41,060 nt of DNA, from the IMG/VR virus record IMGVR_UViG_3300027798_000092, positions 1 to 41,060 of that record. The stretch is one strand, 5' to 3'. Shown here piece after piece: positions 28,601 to 37,099 of the stretch. This DNA is from a virus. Lineage: Duplodnaviria; Caudoviricetes. Made by a program: the position numbers and the translations under genes. Each line of letters begins with the position of its first letter. The stretch's first letter is position 1. Below the pieces are notes generated by a model, which was given only the letters and a program-made list of their open reading frames with translations, was not told where the DNA came from and searched no databases.

Positions 28601-31249
28601 ACCTGAATTGTAAGTAGGAATTGTTTTATCTAAAACTAATACCATAATATTATCAAAGTGATAATCTTGTAAAGAAGTATTAATGTCAGGAAACCAATTA
28701 ACCTTTATTTGATTCCATCCATCTTCAAACCCATTGCCAAAACCAGGAACGTCATTAAAATATTTGGATTTTGTATTAAATAAATTATATAATTCTGAAG
28801 GTGGAAGAGCAGTTGTTGTGTAATATTGATATAATGGTTGAACCTCATAGGTTGTTGTATTAACTGTTGTTAGAGGATTTATAGGAAATCTTCTTGTTAA
28901 TATTCCATCTAAAGAACCCGTTAATAACTGAGATATATTATTCGTAACATTTAGAGGAATCCCATTATATGTAGGACTTGACGTTGAGTTAATTAGATAA
29001 GATGTTTGAGCATCTCCCTGAACTTGTACCGACACTGATATAGTACTATCAATTTCATTACTAATTTCTCCCGATATATTACATCTGCAGGTTTCGCATC
29101 CATCATCAGTGTATAAAACCAGTGGTAATGTGAAGTTTTTTAATTTTTTACCAGCATCTCTAAAATCGTCATAAAGAGTTGCCAAATAAATTCCAAGTCC
29201 AACCACAACCGCAGCCGCGAGAGTGTATCCTATTGCTGCAAAAATTTGACCGTAGTTTACAACTACAACAGGACCTGTTAACCCAACACCAAATCCTGTG
29301 ACAGAATTAGCTGCGTTAATAGCTTGTAGTACAAATAAGACTGCGAGATAAGCCAAAAGACCCTCAATTATACTAAATAATATAGGGAATCCTGTAGTCA
29401 TTAACCACGAAAAAACATGTAAGACAAATAAAATAACAATCCCTATGATTTTAAAAAGTTGTAAAAAGAATGATATTACTAAATATAAAAAATCAACTCT
29501 ATAAAAAACATCGTTTGTTGGAAAAGTGTTAAAATCACCTTGGCATGTAACGTCAGTAATTTTTTTAATCCCTAATGTATTCCAAGCAAATCGAGTACCC
29601 TGATATCTATCAATCAATTGAGTTGTAGTATAAACTTTATTATACGACATATCATAGAATGTATCCTCACAATTAATAGCTTCTTCAGGTACCGCATAAT
29701 CATTCCAATCTAAACTAAAGGCATAAGAACCTTCCAACATAAATTTAGCAGCAGGAATATTTTCAAATTCAAATATAAATGGAGCAGCTATATCATCTCT
29801 TAAAAAAGTAAAAGTAAATATACCTGGTGTTCTAAAAACTCGACTAATGTACGGATTACCATCAGGGTCAGTAATTGATAAATTAATAACATTTTGAGTT
29901 CTCCCTATTCTATAAAATTCACCCTGAGCAACTGGTAATTGCGCGGTAATTTCTCCAGCTCCACTACCTGTATTATCAGGTATTACTGCAATTGAAGCTG
30001 GTAAATCTAAAGGGTCTGCATCAATACTTGTCCACCCTCTTTCTTTAATATTAGGTGCTAAAAAATATGCTCTTTTAGTAGGTTCCGCAATTTCAGGTGG
30101 TTGTTGCCATTTAATTTTAAATCTATACTTACCTCTTGTCGGTACTCCTACTTCAGGACTTCCACTTATCTTTCTTTCTCCATTTTCATCGGTGTAGATA
30201 TAATCCAAATTCATTGGTACCTCTAAAACCCAAACTCCATTTTCATCAATTACTTTACCGTCATTATCTAAAACCGCTCGTTCTAAAATAGGTCTACCAT
30301 TTTCATCGTTATAAATTGTTTGACGTAATGCAATAATTTCACCAGGACCCTTTGTCAAAGAACACATTTCACCCGCAGTTCTTTTAACTGAACAAGCACT
30401 TGTTTGTCCTAAAAACGAAACTTTTTTACCTACTCTTTGTGTATCGTCATTAGAAATAAGAGAACCCATAAAAACTGCGGTAGGTTCTAATTTAACACCA
30501 TTTTCCGATGTTAAGTCAAAGTCAACACGAGCAATATTATAATTACATATTTCAAACTCACCAAAGAATGGTTCAATCTGAACTGTTTTTTGTGTTGTAA
30601 CAATTTGAGGTAACTCACCGTAGTTTGTTGAAAAACTAAATCTAGGTCCGTCAACTGATTGTTCAGTAGCGATTCCCATTCTAATTAAATCCTGTGGGGT
30701 TAATGAGAACTCTCCGATATCAGATAAGTCAACCTGCATAAATAATGTTTGTTGTCCTGTAGGAACACCAAAAATCATATAATCACCTGACTCATTGGTC
30801 TTAACTGTAAATTTATAATATTTTTCATAAACCTGAACTAATAAGTTGTCGGTTAAAACATCTTCTCTTTCAGGAAAAGTTCCAACAGGAACATGTCCTG
30901 TATGTGACTGTGTATATGGTAATAAGTTATATCTATACCCATCATCATTAATATCTGTAAAATTTGTATAAGGGTATAATGAATCGATATAATCATTTTG
31001 AGTGTCAATGTCTTCAATTGGGATAAATATTGAAACTCTAGTGTTAGGAATACCAAACCCTTTATTACAGAATACCCTACCACAAACCACTCCGTAGTTT
31101 GAACAACTTCTAATATAAAAATCGTCAGGACGAATCGCTAAAGACAAAATTTCGAGGGTATCAAAATTTTGTTCTAAAACTATAGGTATCTTAACAGGGA
31201 TATTTTGATTAATACCTAATTGGGTACGTATTCTATATAACTTCGGCAT
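25679..31249 (-). CDS. Very large baseplate-cluster protein: N-terminal carboxypeptidase-regulatory-like beta-sandwich and central multi-helix hydrophobic segment
   Basis: GVVCGRV...GIPNTRVSI...KTNESGDYMIFGVPTG; hydrophobic run from YLVISFFLQ to GIYLATLY. Confidence 0.75.
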   Translation of the reverse strand: MPKLYRIRTQLGINQNIPVKIPIVLEQNFDTLEILSLAIRPDDFYIRSCSNYGVVCGRVFCNKGFGIPNTRVSIFIPIEDIDTQNDYIDSLYPYTNFTDINDDGYRYNLLPYTQSHTGHVPVGTFPEREDVLTDNLLVQVYEKYYKFTVKTNESGDYMIFGVPTGQQTLFMQVDLSDIGEFSLTPQDLIRMGIATEQSVDGPRFSFSTNYGELPQIVTTQKTVQIEPFFGEFEICNYNIARVDFDLTSENGVKLEPTAVFMGSLISNDDTQRVGKKVSFLGQTSACSVKRTAGEMCSLTKGPGEIIALRQTIYNDENGRPILERAVLDNDGKVIDENGVWVLEVPMNLDYIYTDENGERKISGSPEVGVPTRGKYRFKIKWQQPPEIAEPTKRAYFLAPNIKERGWTSIDADPLDLPASIAVIPDNTGSGAGEITAQLPVAQGEFYRIGRTQNVINLSITDPDGNPYISRVFRTPGIFTFTFLRDDIAAPFIFEFENIPAAKFMLEGSYAFSLDWNDYAVPEEAINCEDTFYDMSYNKVYTTTQLIDRYQGTRFAWNTLGIKKITDVTCQGDFNTFPTNDVFYRVDFLYLVISFFLQLFKIIGIVILFVLHVFSWLMTTGFPILFSIIEGLLAYLAVLFVLQAINAANSVTGFGVGLTGPVVVVNYGQIFAAIGYTLAAAVVVGLGIYLATLYDDFRDAGKKLKNFTLPLVLYTDDGCETCRCNISGEISNEIDSTISVSVQVQGDAQTSYLINSTSSPTYNGIPLNVTNNISQLLTGSLDGILTRRFPINPLTTVNTTTYEVQPLYQYYTTTALPPSELYNLFNTKSKYFNDVPGFGNGFEDGWNQIKVNWFPDINTSLQDYHFDNIMVLVLDKTIPTYNSGDLITFQDVTLSGDLNRTVTTGTTIFPSALEVKYADPDAPLGGSPVPNLTQYYNVPILSSQTSFDSTTSFAADVEYFQVITGMTIGQYVNLANPSSNMMSFGVRYLQKLGNQSLRNIQFVRVIPNIGVIDQGYNSLSNYITDYNDYNLVFLFRGVDTHSPRIPQKVDLSKIFGFAYDQFFDDPTYVIQGNFKMNYPITGTIKTDRHDDVLDNISSNLFRPSYAFEYSQTDFIGNGTTNLPSYYSSVDSTSFNSDGTLNWIGTNINNFWNGYLWTGSNIVGQNIVNGLTVSDGSVLSIVSDLNCNQNSSSYNVNSMTKVFKTVETELVSYGGGPEIFSLFKQQVDNRCSTNRNVLGYQGNEVVDGASFMRSNFSYNGDTAENFIGGFYNIFTDGSGASIGDSNIDPFIGNPKFFSTQYNTGNTHSLSNRLNIVFRSDRLPTSTTTQTSGPNSFLLHQNSQFAILKVSEEGQVSNPIIVDTSPQSNNESSQIITPSIYASLLNSVSDCRAAVPLSCYAVDSNGIPYIIPNCASEYMDPPDDYKYFLQNFGCYNFVSRPLRNIDQDVRNLVEWITRVNLNLALCFNVASHNFTNQYINGTLYAYPFQNQRIFDLNNKPTSVYCTDLIYLHSPTNNFYYRSSPYSFDINNMDGGDFTGKKNSKGNATSTGNNKFLGSPITIMDLGPKVSFIQEIVYNDDYDGYIVSKIKSSSFQNITDILNLFVLSRLVNTTFNQQLIPPTSNPDEGNPNPTVSALFKNTRWNINGATPIPGYVDGDYSQMIAINSQFGIQEFSPESYTNQSVYFGPSNTLPVFGLLLTGFTQDRDYLTPRRTIWNQTATVPLPSNQQILDCWFTNIKTNSQKVPFYQWSLNSTNTIVGNQSNNYDTDDSVFFSHKYQTLDRLNPSSNYFQDGQGNSSLIPGTQINFDVNGNPTVNPPQGQFSKFLVGAPFYFYFGLIKGSSAMDVFIKKYVNTDIDV

Positions 31250-31309
31250 TTTACTTTTTTAATAAATAGTTTAGCTACTATTTTCAAAATAGTAAATTAT
31301 GTTTCAAAG

Positions 31310-33148
31310 TTAAGAGAAGTTAACTGTACTTAAATTTAAAGTACTTACAGTAATATCCTTATTTGGAAATCTAATTTGATAAATTTGTGATGGTGTTGCA
31401 AATAATGTTTCATTAATCAAACCAATTTGTTTTGTAGCACTATCACTATAAGCTTGTGATGTTTGATTTGAAGAGTACTGCCCACCGACTAAATTGAATA
31501 CATTTATTTCACTGATAGATAAAATACCATTTAATGATTGTATTAATCTTTTTAATTCAGATATGTAAACATTTTCACCCATGTTCCTGTTTAAAGGACT
31601 AAAAAAGGTATCGACAGTATTAACTATATTGGTAACAACACTTCCTTGATTTTGTGTTGAATCTAATACCACACTAATCTCAAGTTTTAAATCAATAACC
31701 TCAGCACTTTCAACAGAAATATAATCATTAATCATTCGATAATTTGATAGATAATTTGAGATATTTGTTTTTAAACTACTTGATATATTTGAACTTAATT
31801 TACCTTCATCGTCAAAAGATAACATCTTAACTTTAATTTTATTATCTTCTTCAGTTATAGCAACTTTTGCCGGTGCCCCAAACTGTGATGGCATTTTTCT
31901 TAAAACCGCATTATAATCATTAATTGTTACCGCCCTGTTTTGAGAAGAAAAGTTAAATCCAATTAAGTTTCTAACTTCTTCAACAGTTGGAACGTTAGCC
32001 CCACCAATAGCCGCAGTAACATTTGTACAAGACATACTATTAATAACTGAACTATTGATTGATGGATTCGGTCCATTAACTGCAAAATTTATAGTACCTA
32101 TCTGGTTAATAACACTTGTACCTAAATTAGTACCCAATCCACCACCAATTCTATATTGAACAAACAATGTCGTATTTGGATTAATTGTTGAACCTAATGA
32201 TAAATTATTTGAATATTTAGATAAATCCAAGGGCGTTCCATTTATAGCGAACTCTCTTAATAGTTCATCCGTTGATTGACTTCCACCACCAAATGTTATT
32301 TTTAAAAATCCTTGTGGTGTATATTCAGTTATAAACTTATCACTCGTTTGAAGATACTTACCAACTTTTTTCCCAGCGGCACTCTGTGAACCTGTTGGGT
32401 CTTCAACAAATATCCTATCTTGTGCCAACGCATCAACCTCATACCATCTATTGTTTAGACCTAAAAATTCTTCAACAGACGGAACATTATTGTAGTTTAG
32501 TCCATCTTTTAATAAAACACTTGTAACCCCTAAAACATTTTTCTCAGGTAAAAACAATTCTAAAAATGGTCTTGACTCAGAGGTAGTAATAGTCTTTCTA
32601 AAAACTTTAGTAATACCATTAACTACTGGTTCTCTTTTAGTAATTCTATAGTTTATTGTTATCCCGTTCACATTTTGAATAGGTGTTTTAGTTCTATTTC
32701 TAAAACCTTCACTATTTGTTTCCTTTGAGAAATCTATGTCACCAGCAGTTTCAAAAACTTGTCCTGCTCCATATACTTGTGAACCTCGTCTTAATATTCC
32801 ACAATATTTAATATTTTCTTGAGCCCCATCAGCAGGAACTACAATTGAGAAATCGACTAAAGCAACTGACGGTCTTTGACCAGGAATTTTAAGTCCATAT
32901 GTTCTTGCAATGTTATATATTGACGAACTCTGTTGAGCGTATTGTAATACAGTTTCTTGAATACCTCTATCAATATGATAATGTAAATTATCTGTAACTG
33001 CAGCGTTAAGGTCTAAAAACACTGAGAAAACCGCAGCGTCATTAACATTTTGAACTAACTCAGGGTAATACGCTTTAACAAAATTTACTAACTCTTGTCT
33101 TATATTTTGAAAGTCCCTTGTCGTGTATGATATTTGTTTGTTTGCCAT
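31310..33148 (-). CDS. Baseplate wedge subunit, T4 gp6/P2 gpJ-like
   Basis: YTTRDFQNIR, NIARTYG, YRIGGG..TN, GGAN...QNRAVTINDY motifs. Confidence 0.88.
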   Translation of the reverse strand: MANKQISYTTRDFQNIRQELVNFVKAYYPELVQNVNDAAVFSVFLDLNAAVTDNLHYHIDRGIQETVLQYAQQSSSIYNIARTYGLKIPGQRPSVALVDFSIVVPADGAQENIKYCGILRRGSQVYGAGQVFETAGDIDFSKETNSEGFRNRTKTPIQNVNGITINYRITKREPVVNGITKVFRKTITTSESRPFLELFLPEKNVLGVTSVLLKDGLNYNNVPSVEEFLGLNNRWYEVDALAQDRIFVEDPTGSQSAAGKKVGKYLQTSDKFITEYTPQGFLKITFGGGSQSTDELLREFAINGTPLDLSKYSNNLSLGSTINPNTTLFVQYRIGGGLGTNLGTSVINQIGTINFAVNGPNPSINSSVINSMSCTNVTAAIGGANVPTVEEVRNLIGFNFSSQNRAVTINDYNAVLRKMPSQFGAPAKVAITEEDNKIKVKMLSFDDEGKLSSNISSSLKTNISNYLSNYRMINDYISVESAEVIDLKLEISVVLDSTQNQGSVVTNIVNTVDTFFSPLNRNMGENVYISELKRLIQSLNGILSISEINVFNLVGGQYSSNQTSQAYSDSATKQIGLINETLFATPSQIYQIRFPNKDITVSTLNLSTVNFS

Positions 33149-33149
33149 T

Positions 33150-33611
33150 TTATATATTAATTATTACAAAACTACTTGAGTTAAAGACATCATTTGTTAT
33201 TTGATAGTCAATTCTTACTTTAGCAGTATATTCTTTAGTTGCCAATCCTGATATAGTTAATTGTGTGTTAACAACATTTCCTTCTGTAGTAACATACGCA
33301 CCCGCTTCTTCAGATGATAGAGCGGTAACACTTATTGATGTTACTAATAAGTTAGGTATATATGTCTCGACAGAATCTTTTATTTCAGTTTCAATATCAT
33401 TAAATGTTGGTCCGTCTAATGGTTCAAAAATATATTCATACAATCTTGTACCAAAATCAGGTAAAAAATATCTACTACCTTTTCGAGTTAATAATAAATG
33501 TATTAAATTATTTTTAATCTCATCACTAGGAGTTTCAGATAAGTTAAGATATTTCCCAGTTAAGGAATCACCAAAAGGAAAATTAATACCGTATGTTACA
33601 CCATTACCCAT
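33150..33611 (-). CDS. Baseplate protein gp25/gpW-like (sheath initiator)
   Basis: IKNNLIHLLLTRKGSRYFLPDFGTRLYEYIFEP. Confidence 0.9.
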   Translation of the reverse strand: MGNGVTYGINFPFGDSLTGKYLNLSETPSDEIKNNLIHLLLTRKGSRYFLPDFGTRLYEYIFEPLDGPTFNDIETEIKDSVETYIPNLLVTSISVTALSSEEAGAYVTTEGNVVNTQLTISGLATKEYTAKVRIDYQITNDVFNSSSFVIINI

Positions 33612-33632
33612 ATTTCATAAATAGTATGAAAT
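33612..33632 (-). promoter_or_regulatory. Hairpin (8-bp stem) containing the TATTTAT motif and abutting the gp25 ATG
   Basis: Minus strand reads ATTTCATA ctatt TATGAAAT ATG. Confidence 0.55.
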
Positions 33633-33657
33633 TAAAAATCCCGACCTAGCTCGGGAT
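33633..33657 (-). terminator. Intrinsic terminator after nrdA
   Basis: Minus strand ATCCCGA gctagg TCGGGAT followed by TTTT. Confidence 0.75.
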
Positions 33658-33674
33658 AACACATCGGATTTTTT

Positions 33675-36107
33675 TTAAGAAGAACATCCAAAACAATCAA
33701 ATTCACTGTTTTCAGGTTTGTCAGGTAGATTCATATAACTGTAATCAACCTTTGGTGGTTCAGGAGTTGCTTTTGGTTTGTTAATTTTTGATACGTCCAT
33801 TGCCAAGTGTTTTGCTCCTGTTGAGATAGCTCTTGTTCTAACGTAATAACAAAGTGTCTTCAACCCTTTTTCCCATCCGTAGAAATGTGAAGATGAAATC
33901 TTTGACAATGTTGGGTTTGACATGTAGATATTCATTGATTGTGATTGGTCAATAAATGGTGCTCTATCAGCTGCCATCTCAATCAATTCTCTTTGTGAAA
34001 TCTCCCAAATTGTTTTATATTTCTTAATTAAGTGTTCTGTTCTTTTAACTTTGAAGTTGTATCTCTTATCTTCTTGGTCAAGGTAGTTATTGAAATTAAT
34101 ATTTTGAATTGAACCTTCGTTCATGATAATTTCATTCTTTAAGTCTTCAGACCAAATTCCAATCTTTTCAAAATCACTAATCAAATACTTGTTAACAATC
34201 ATAATCTCTCCACCAACTACACGTCTGTTAAAGATTGCTGAGTGAGCGGGTTCAGTCATTTCATATGAACCTGTAATCTTAGCGGAAGATGCTACAGGCA
34301 TTTGAGCCGTAAATAATGAATTACAAACACCATACTTACTAACACTCTCTTTTAGAGTTGACCAAGACCATCTTCCTGATAACTCATCTTCGTTAAATCC
34401 CCACATATCAAATTGGAATACTCCTTTTGACATTGGCGACCCTTCAAAGTGAAAATATGGTTGATACTCGTCATTTATACACAATCTGTTACTTTCAGTA
34501 ATTGCTGCAAAATAAATTGTTTCAAAGATTTCTTTGTTCAACTTACGAGCTTCCTCAGATGTGAAGATGTAATCCATCAAATAGAATACGTCCGCAAGTC
34601 CTTGAGTTCCAATAGCAATTGCTCTTTGGTCTAATCCACCCTTATGACCTTTTTCAGTTGAATAACTATTAATGTTAACTACTTTATTTAATGCTCTAAC
34701 AACCTTACGGGTTTCATCATACAACCCTTTAAAATCAAACTCACCATCTTTTACATAGTTCTTTAACACCATAGATGAAAGAGTACAGATTGCTGTAGTT
34801 TTCTCGTCAGTATACTGGTAAATCTCATTACAAAGATTTGATTGTTTGATAACACCAATGTTCTGATGGTTTGTCTTTCTGTTAGCACTATCTTTAGAAC
34901 ATAGATATGGAACACCCGTTTCAACTTGTGATTCAATAATCTTATTCCAAATCTCCTGAGCCTTAACTTTCTTACCAAGACCCATACTTACAGCTAATTT
35001 ATAATTTTCTTCGTATTCATCACCGTAACTTTCTTGTAATGGTTTGATACCCGCCTTAATTATATCGTTAGGACAGAACAAATACCAATCTTCGTTGTTC
35101 TTAACTGCGTTCATAAAATTATCAGGTATCCAAAGCGCTGTAAATAAATCACGAGCTCTTAATTCCTCAGCACCGGTGTTCTTTTTAATCTCCAATAGGT
35201 CAAAGATATCTTTATGCCAAGGTTCCAAGTAAATTGCTGCAGAACCAGGTCTACGTCCTTGTTGGTTAAAGAAACGGAGTGACTCATTAACAATCTTTAA
35301 ATACTTTAAAAGTCCACCAGCATATCCACCTGAAGATGAAATACGACTCTCCTTACTACGAATGTTAGACATTGATAGTCCGATACCCGCAGCATCAGAT
35401 GAGTAAGTTGAGATATCTCTCATGGTGTTTAACAAACCTTCTCTTGAATCCGAATCATTGTAATGAAGAACACAAGAAGCAAGTTGTGGAACTTTGGTAC
35501 CAGCGTTAATCATAATTGGTGTTGCCGGTGATATTCTTTGTGTTGATAATGCGTGGTAATACTCAACCGCTTCCTCAAATGTATTAGTTACCCAAAGAGC
35601 GACTCTCATATACATGTGTTGTGGACGTTCAACCACTTTACCTCCTGACAACTTTAAAAGATACATTTCAGCAAGTGACCTCCAAGCAAAATAATCAAAA
35701 TTATAATCATTATCGTGATTAATAATCTCATCAATTTTAGACGGTCCGTATGACTCAATAATTTTCATTAATTTTTCATTAATGATACCTTCACTATTTA
35801 ACAAATTCATAGTATTTGAAAAACTTGGGTCAGTTTCCTTATGGTAAGATGAAATAGCAACTGATGAAGCTAATCTTGAGTAATCGTGATGACTACCTGT
35901 AAATGCCGCAGCAATTTCATAGATTAACTTATCTAATTCTTTCGTTGTAATAATACCTTCAGTCGGTACTGAAGTGATAACCTTGATAAAGATTTCATCG
36001 GAGTTGACACTCAACCCCTTTGAAGCTCTTTTAATACGGTTATAAATTTTCTGTGGATTAAATGACGAATCATCTCCACCTCTTTTTTTAATTTTAAGTG
36101 ACATCAT
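33675..36107 (-). CDS. nrdA: Ribonucleotide reductase class Ia alpha subunit with ATP cone
   Basis: ERPQHM, SPATP, QLASC, QGRRPG, SNLCNEI, MPVASS, DQSQSMN, YYVR, C-terminal CFGC. Confidence 0.96.
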   Translation of the reverse strand: MMSLKIKKRGGDDSSFNPQKIYNRIKRASKGLSVNSDEIFIKVITSVPTEGIITTKELDKLIYEIAAAFTGSHHDYSRLASSVAISSYHKETDPSFSNTMNLLNSEGIINEKLMKIIESYGPSKIDEIINHDNDYNFDYFAWRSLAEMYLLKLSGGKVVERPQHMYMRVALWVTNTFEEAVEYYHALSTQRISPATPIMINAGTKVPQLASCVLHYNDSDSREGLLNTMRDISTYSSDAAGIGLSMSNIRSKESRISSSGGYAGGLLKYLKIVNESLRFFNQQGRRPGSAAIYLEPWHKDIFDLLEIKKNTGAEELRARDLFTALWIPDNFMNAVKNNEDWYLFCPNDIIKAGIKPLQESYGDEYEENYKLAVSMGLGKKVKAQEIWNKIIESQVETGVPYLCSKDSANRKTNHQNIGVIKQSNLCNEIYQYTDEKTTAICTLSSMVLKNYVKDGEFDFKGLYDETRKVVRALNKVVNINSYSTEKGHKGGLDQRAIAIGTQGLADVFYLMDYIFTSEEARKLNKEIFETIYFAAITESNRLCINDEYQPYFHFEGSPMSKGVFQFDMWGFNEDELSGRWSWSTLKESVSKYGVCNSLFTAQMPVASSAKITGSYEMTEPAHSAIFNRRVVGGEIMIVNKYLISDFEKIGIWSEDLKNEIIMNEGSIQNINFNNYLDQEDKRYNFKVKRTEHLIKKYKTIWEISQRELIEMAADRAPFIDQSQSMNIYMSNPTLSKISSSHFYGWEKGLKTLCYYVRTRAISTGAKHLAMDVSKINKPKATPEPPKVDYSYMNLPDKPENSEFDCFGCSS

Positions 36108-36115
36108 AGTTTAAA

Positions 36116-36144
36116 AAGATAGTAAATTAAAAATCGTCAGTAAA
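36116..36144 (-). promoter_or_regulatory. Putative early promoter TTTACT-N17-TATCTT for nrdA
   Basis: Lies 8 nt before ATG 36107; the -35 box sits in the end of nrdB. Confidence 0.45.
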
Positions 36145-37074
36145 GGAGATGGTCTCATTTAACTTGGCCTTTTGATACTCAACGGTACGTGACTCAAAGA
36201 AATTACCCTTTGTTTCAACTGCGATTTGTTCCATGAATTTGAACGGTTGCTCAACATTAAATTGTTTTTTACATCCAAACTTTACTAATAATCCATCAAC
36301 AACAAACTCAAGATATTGTTTCATCAAATTTGAATTCATACCGATAAGTGAAACTGGTAGTGATTCAGTAATAAACTCTTTTTCAATCTCTAATGCCGAT
36401 AATAGAATTTCTTTAATTCTTTTCTCACTCGGTTTGTTTTCAATGTGATTGTTCAATAAATGGATTGCGAAGTCACAGTGTAGGTTTTCGTCTTTGAAAA
36501 TTAAAGCGTTAGCATTACACAATCCTTGCATGATACCTCTTGATTTCAACCAAAAGATAGAACAGAATGAACCTGAAAAGAAGATACCCTCAACTGCCGC
36601 AAACGCAACCAATCTTTCTTGGAACGATGCGTTATCAATCCAATCCAAAGCCCATTTAGCTTTCTTTTGAACCGCTGGTAGGTTATCTAATGCTGTAAAA
36701 CATTTGTTCTTTTCATCTTCATTTGACACGTAAGTATCAATAAGAAGAGAATACATTAGACTATGAATATTCTCCATAGCCAACTGAATACCATAGAAGA
36801 ATTTTGCCTCAGGGTATTGTACTTCCCTATAGAAATTCTCTGCTAAGTTTTCATTTACGATACCATCTGATGCTGCAAAAAACGATAAAATATTTTTTAC
36901 AAAATACTGTTCATTCTCTGATAAATTTTCCCAATCTCTTAGGTCACCGCTTAAATCAATTTCTTCTGCCGTCCAAAACGCCGCTTGATGCATCTTATAA
37001 TATTCCCAAATATCGTTGTACTTGATTGGGAATATCACAAATCGGTTTGGATTCTCTTCTAATAATTTTTCCAT
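36127..37074 (-). CDS. nrdB: Ribonucleotide reductase class Ia beta subunit
   Basis: [20 protein letters not shown] (radical Tyr), [19 protein letters not shown]. Confidence 0.96.
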   Translation of the reverse strand: MEKLLEENPNRFVIFPIKYNDIWEYYKMHQAAFWTAEEIDLSGDLRDWENLSENEQYFVKNILSFFAASDGIVNENLAENFYREVQYPEAKFFYGIQLAMENIHSLMYSLLIDTYVSNEDEKNKCFTALDNLPAVQKKAKWALDWIDNASFQERLVAFAAVEGIFFSGSFCSIFWLKSRGIMQGLCNANALIFKDENLHCDFAIHLLNNHIENKPSEKRIKEILLSALEIEKEFITESLPVSLIGMNSNLMKQYLEFVVDGLLVKFGCKKQFNVEQPFKFMEQIAVETKGNFFESRTVEYQKAKLNETISFTDDF

Positions 37075-37099
37075 ATTTTAACTTATTCTATTTTAATAA

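Noticed and set aside
31310-33611. Extracellular contractile injection system/tailocin, or an NCLDV contig
   Set aside because: Baseplate genes are embedded among phage-type replication genes, and gp25/gp6-like genes argue for a tailed phage despite the eukaryote-like RNR motifs
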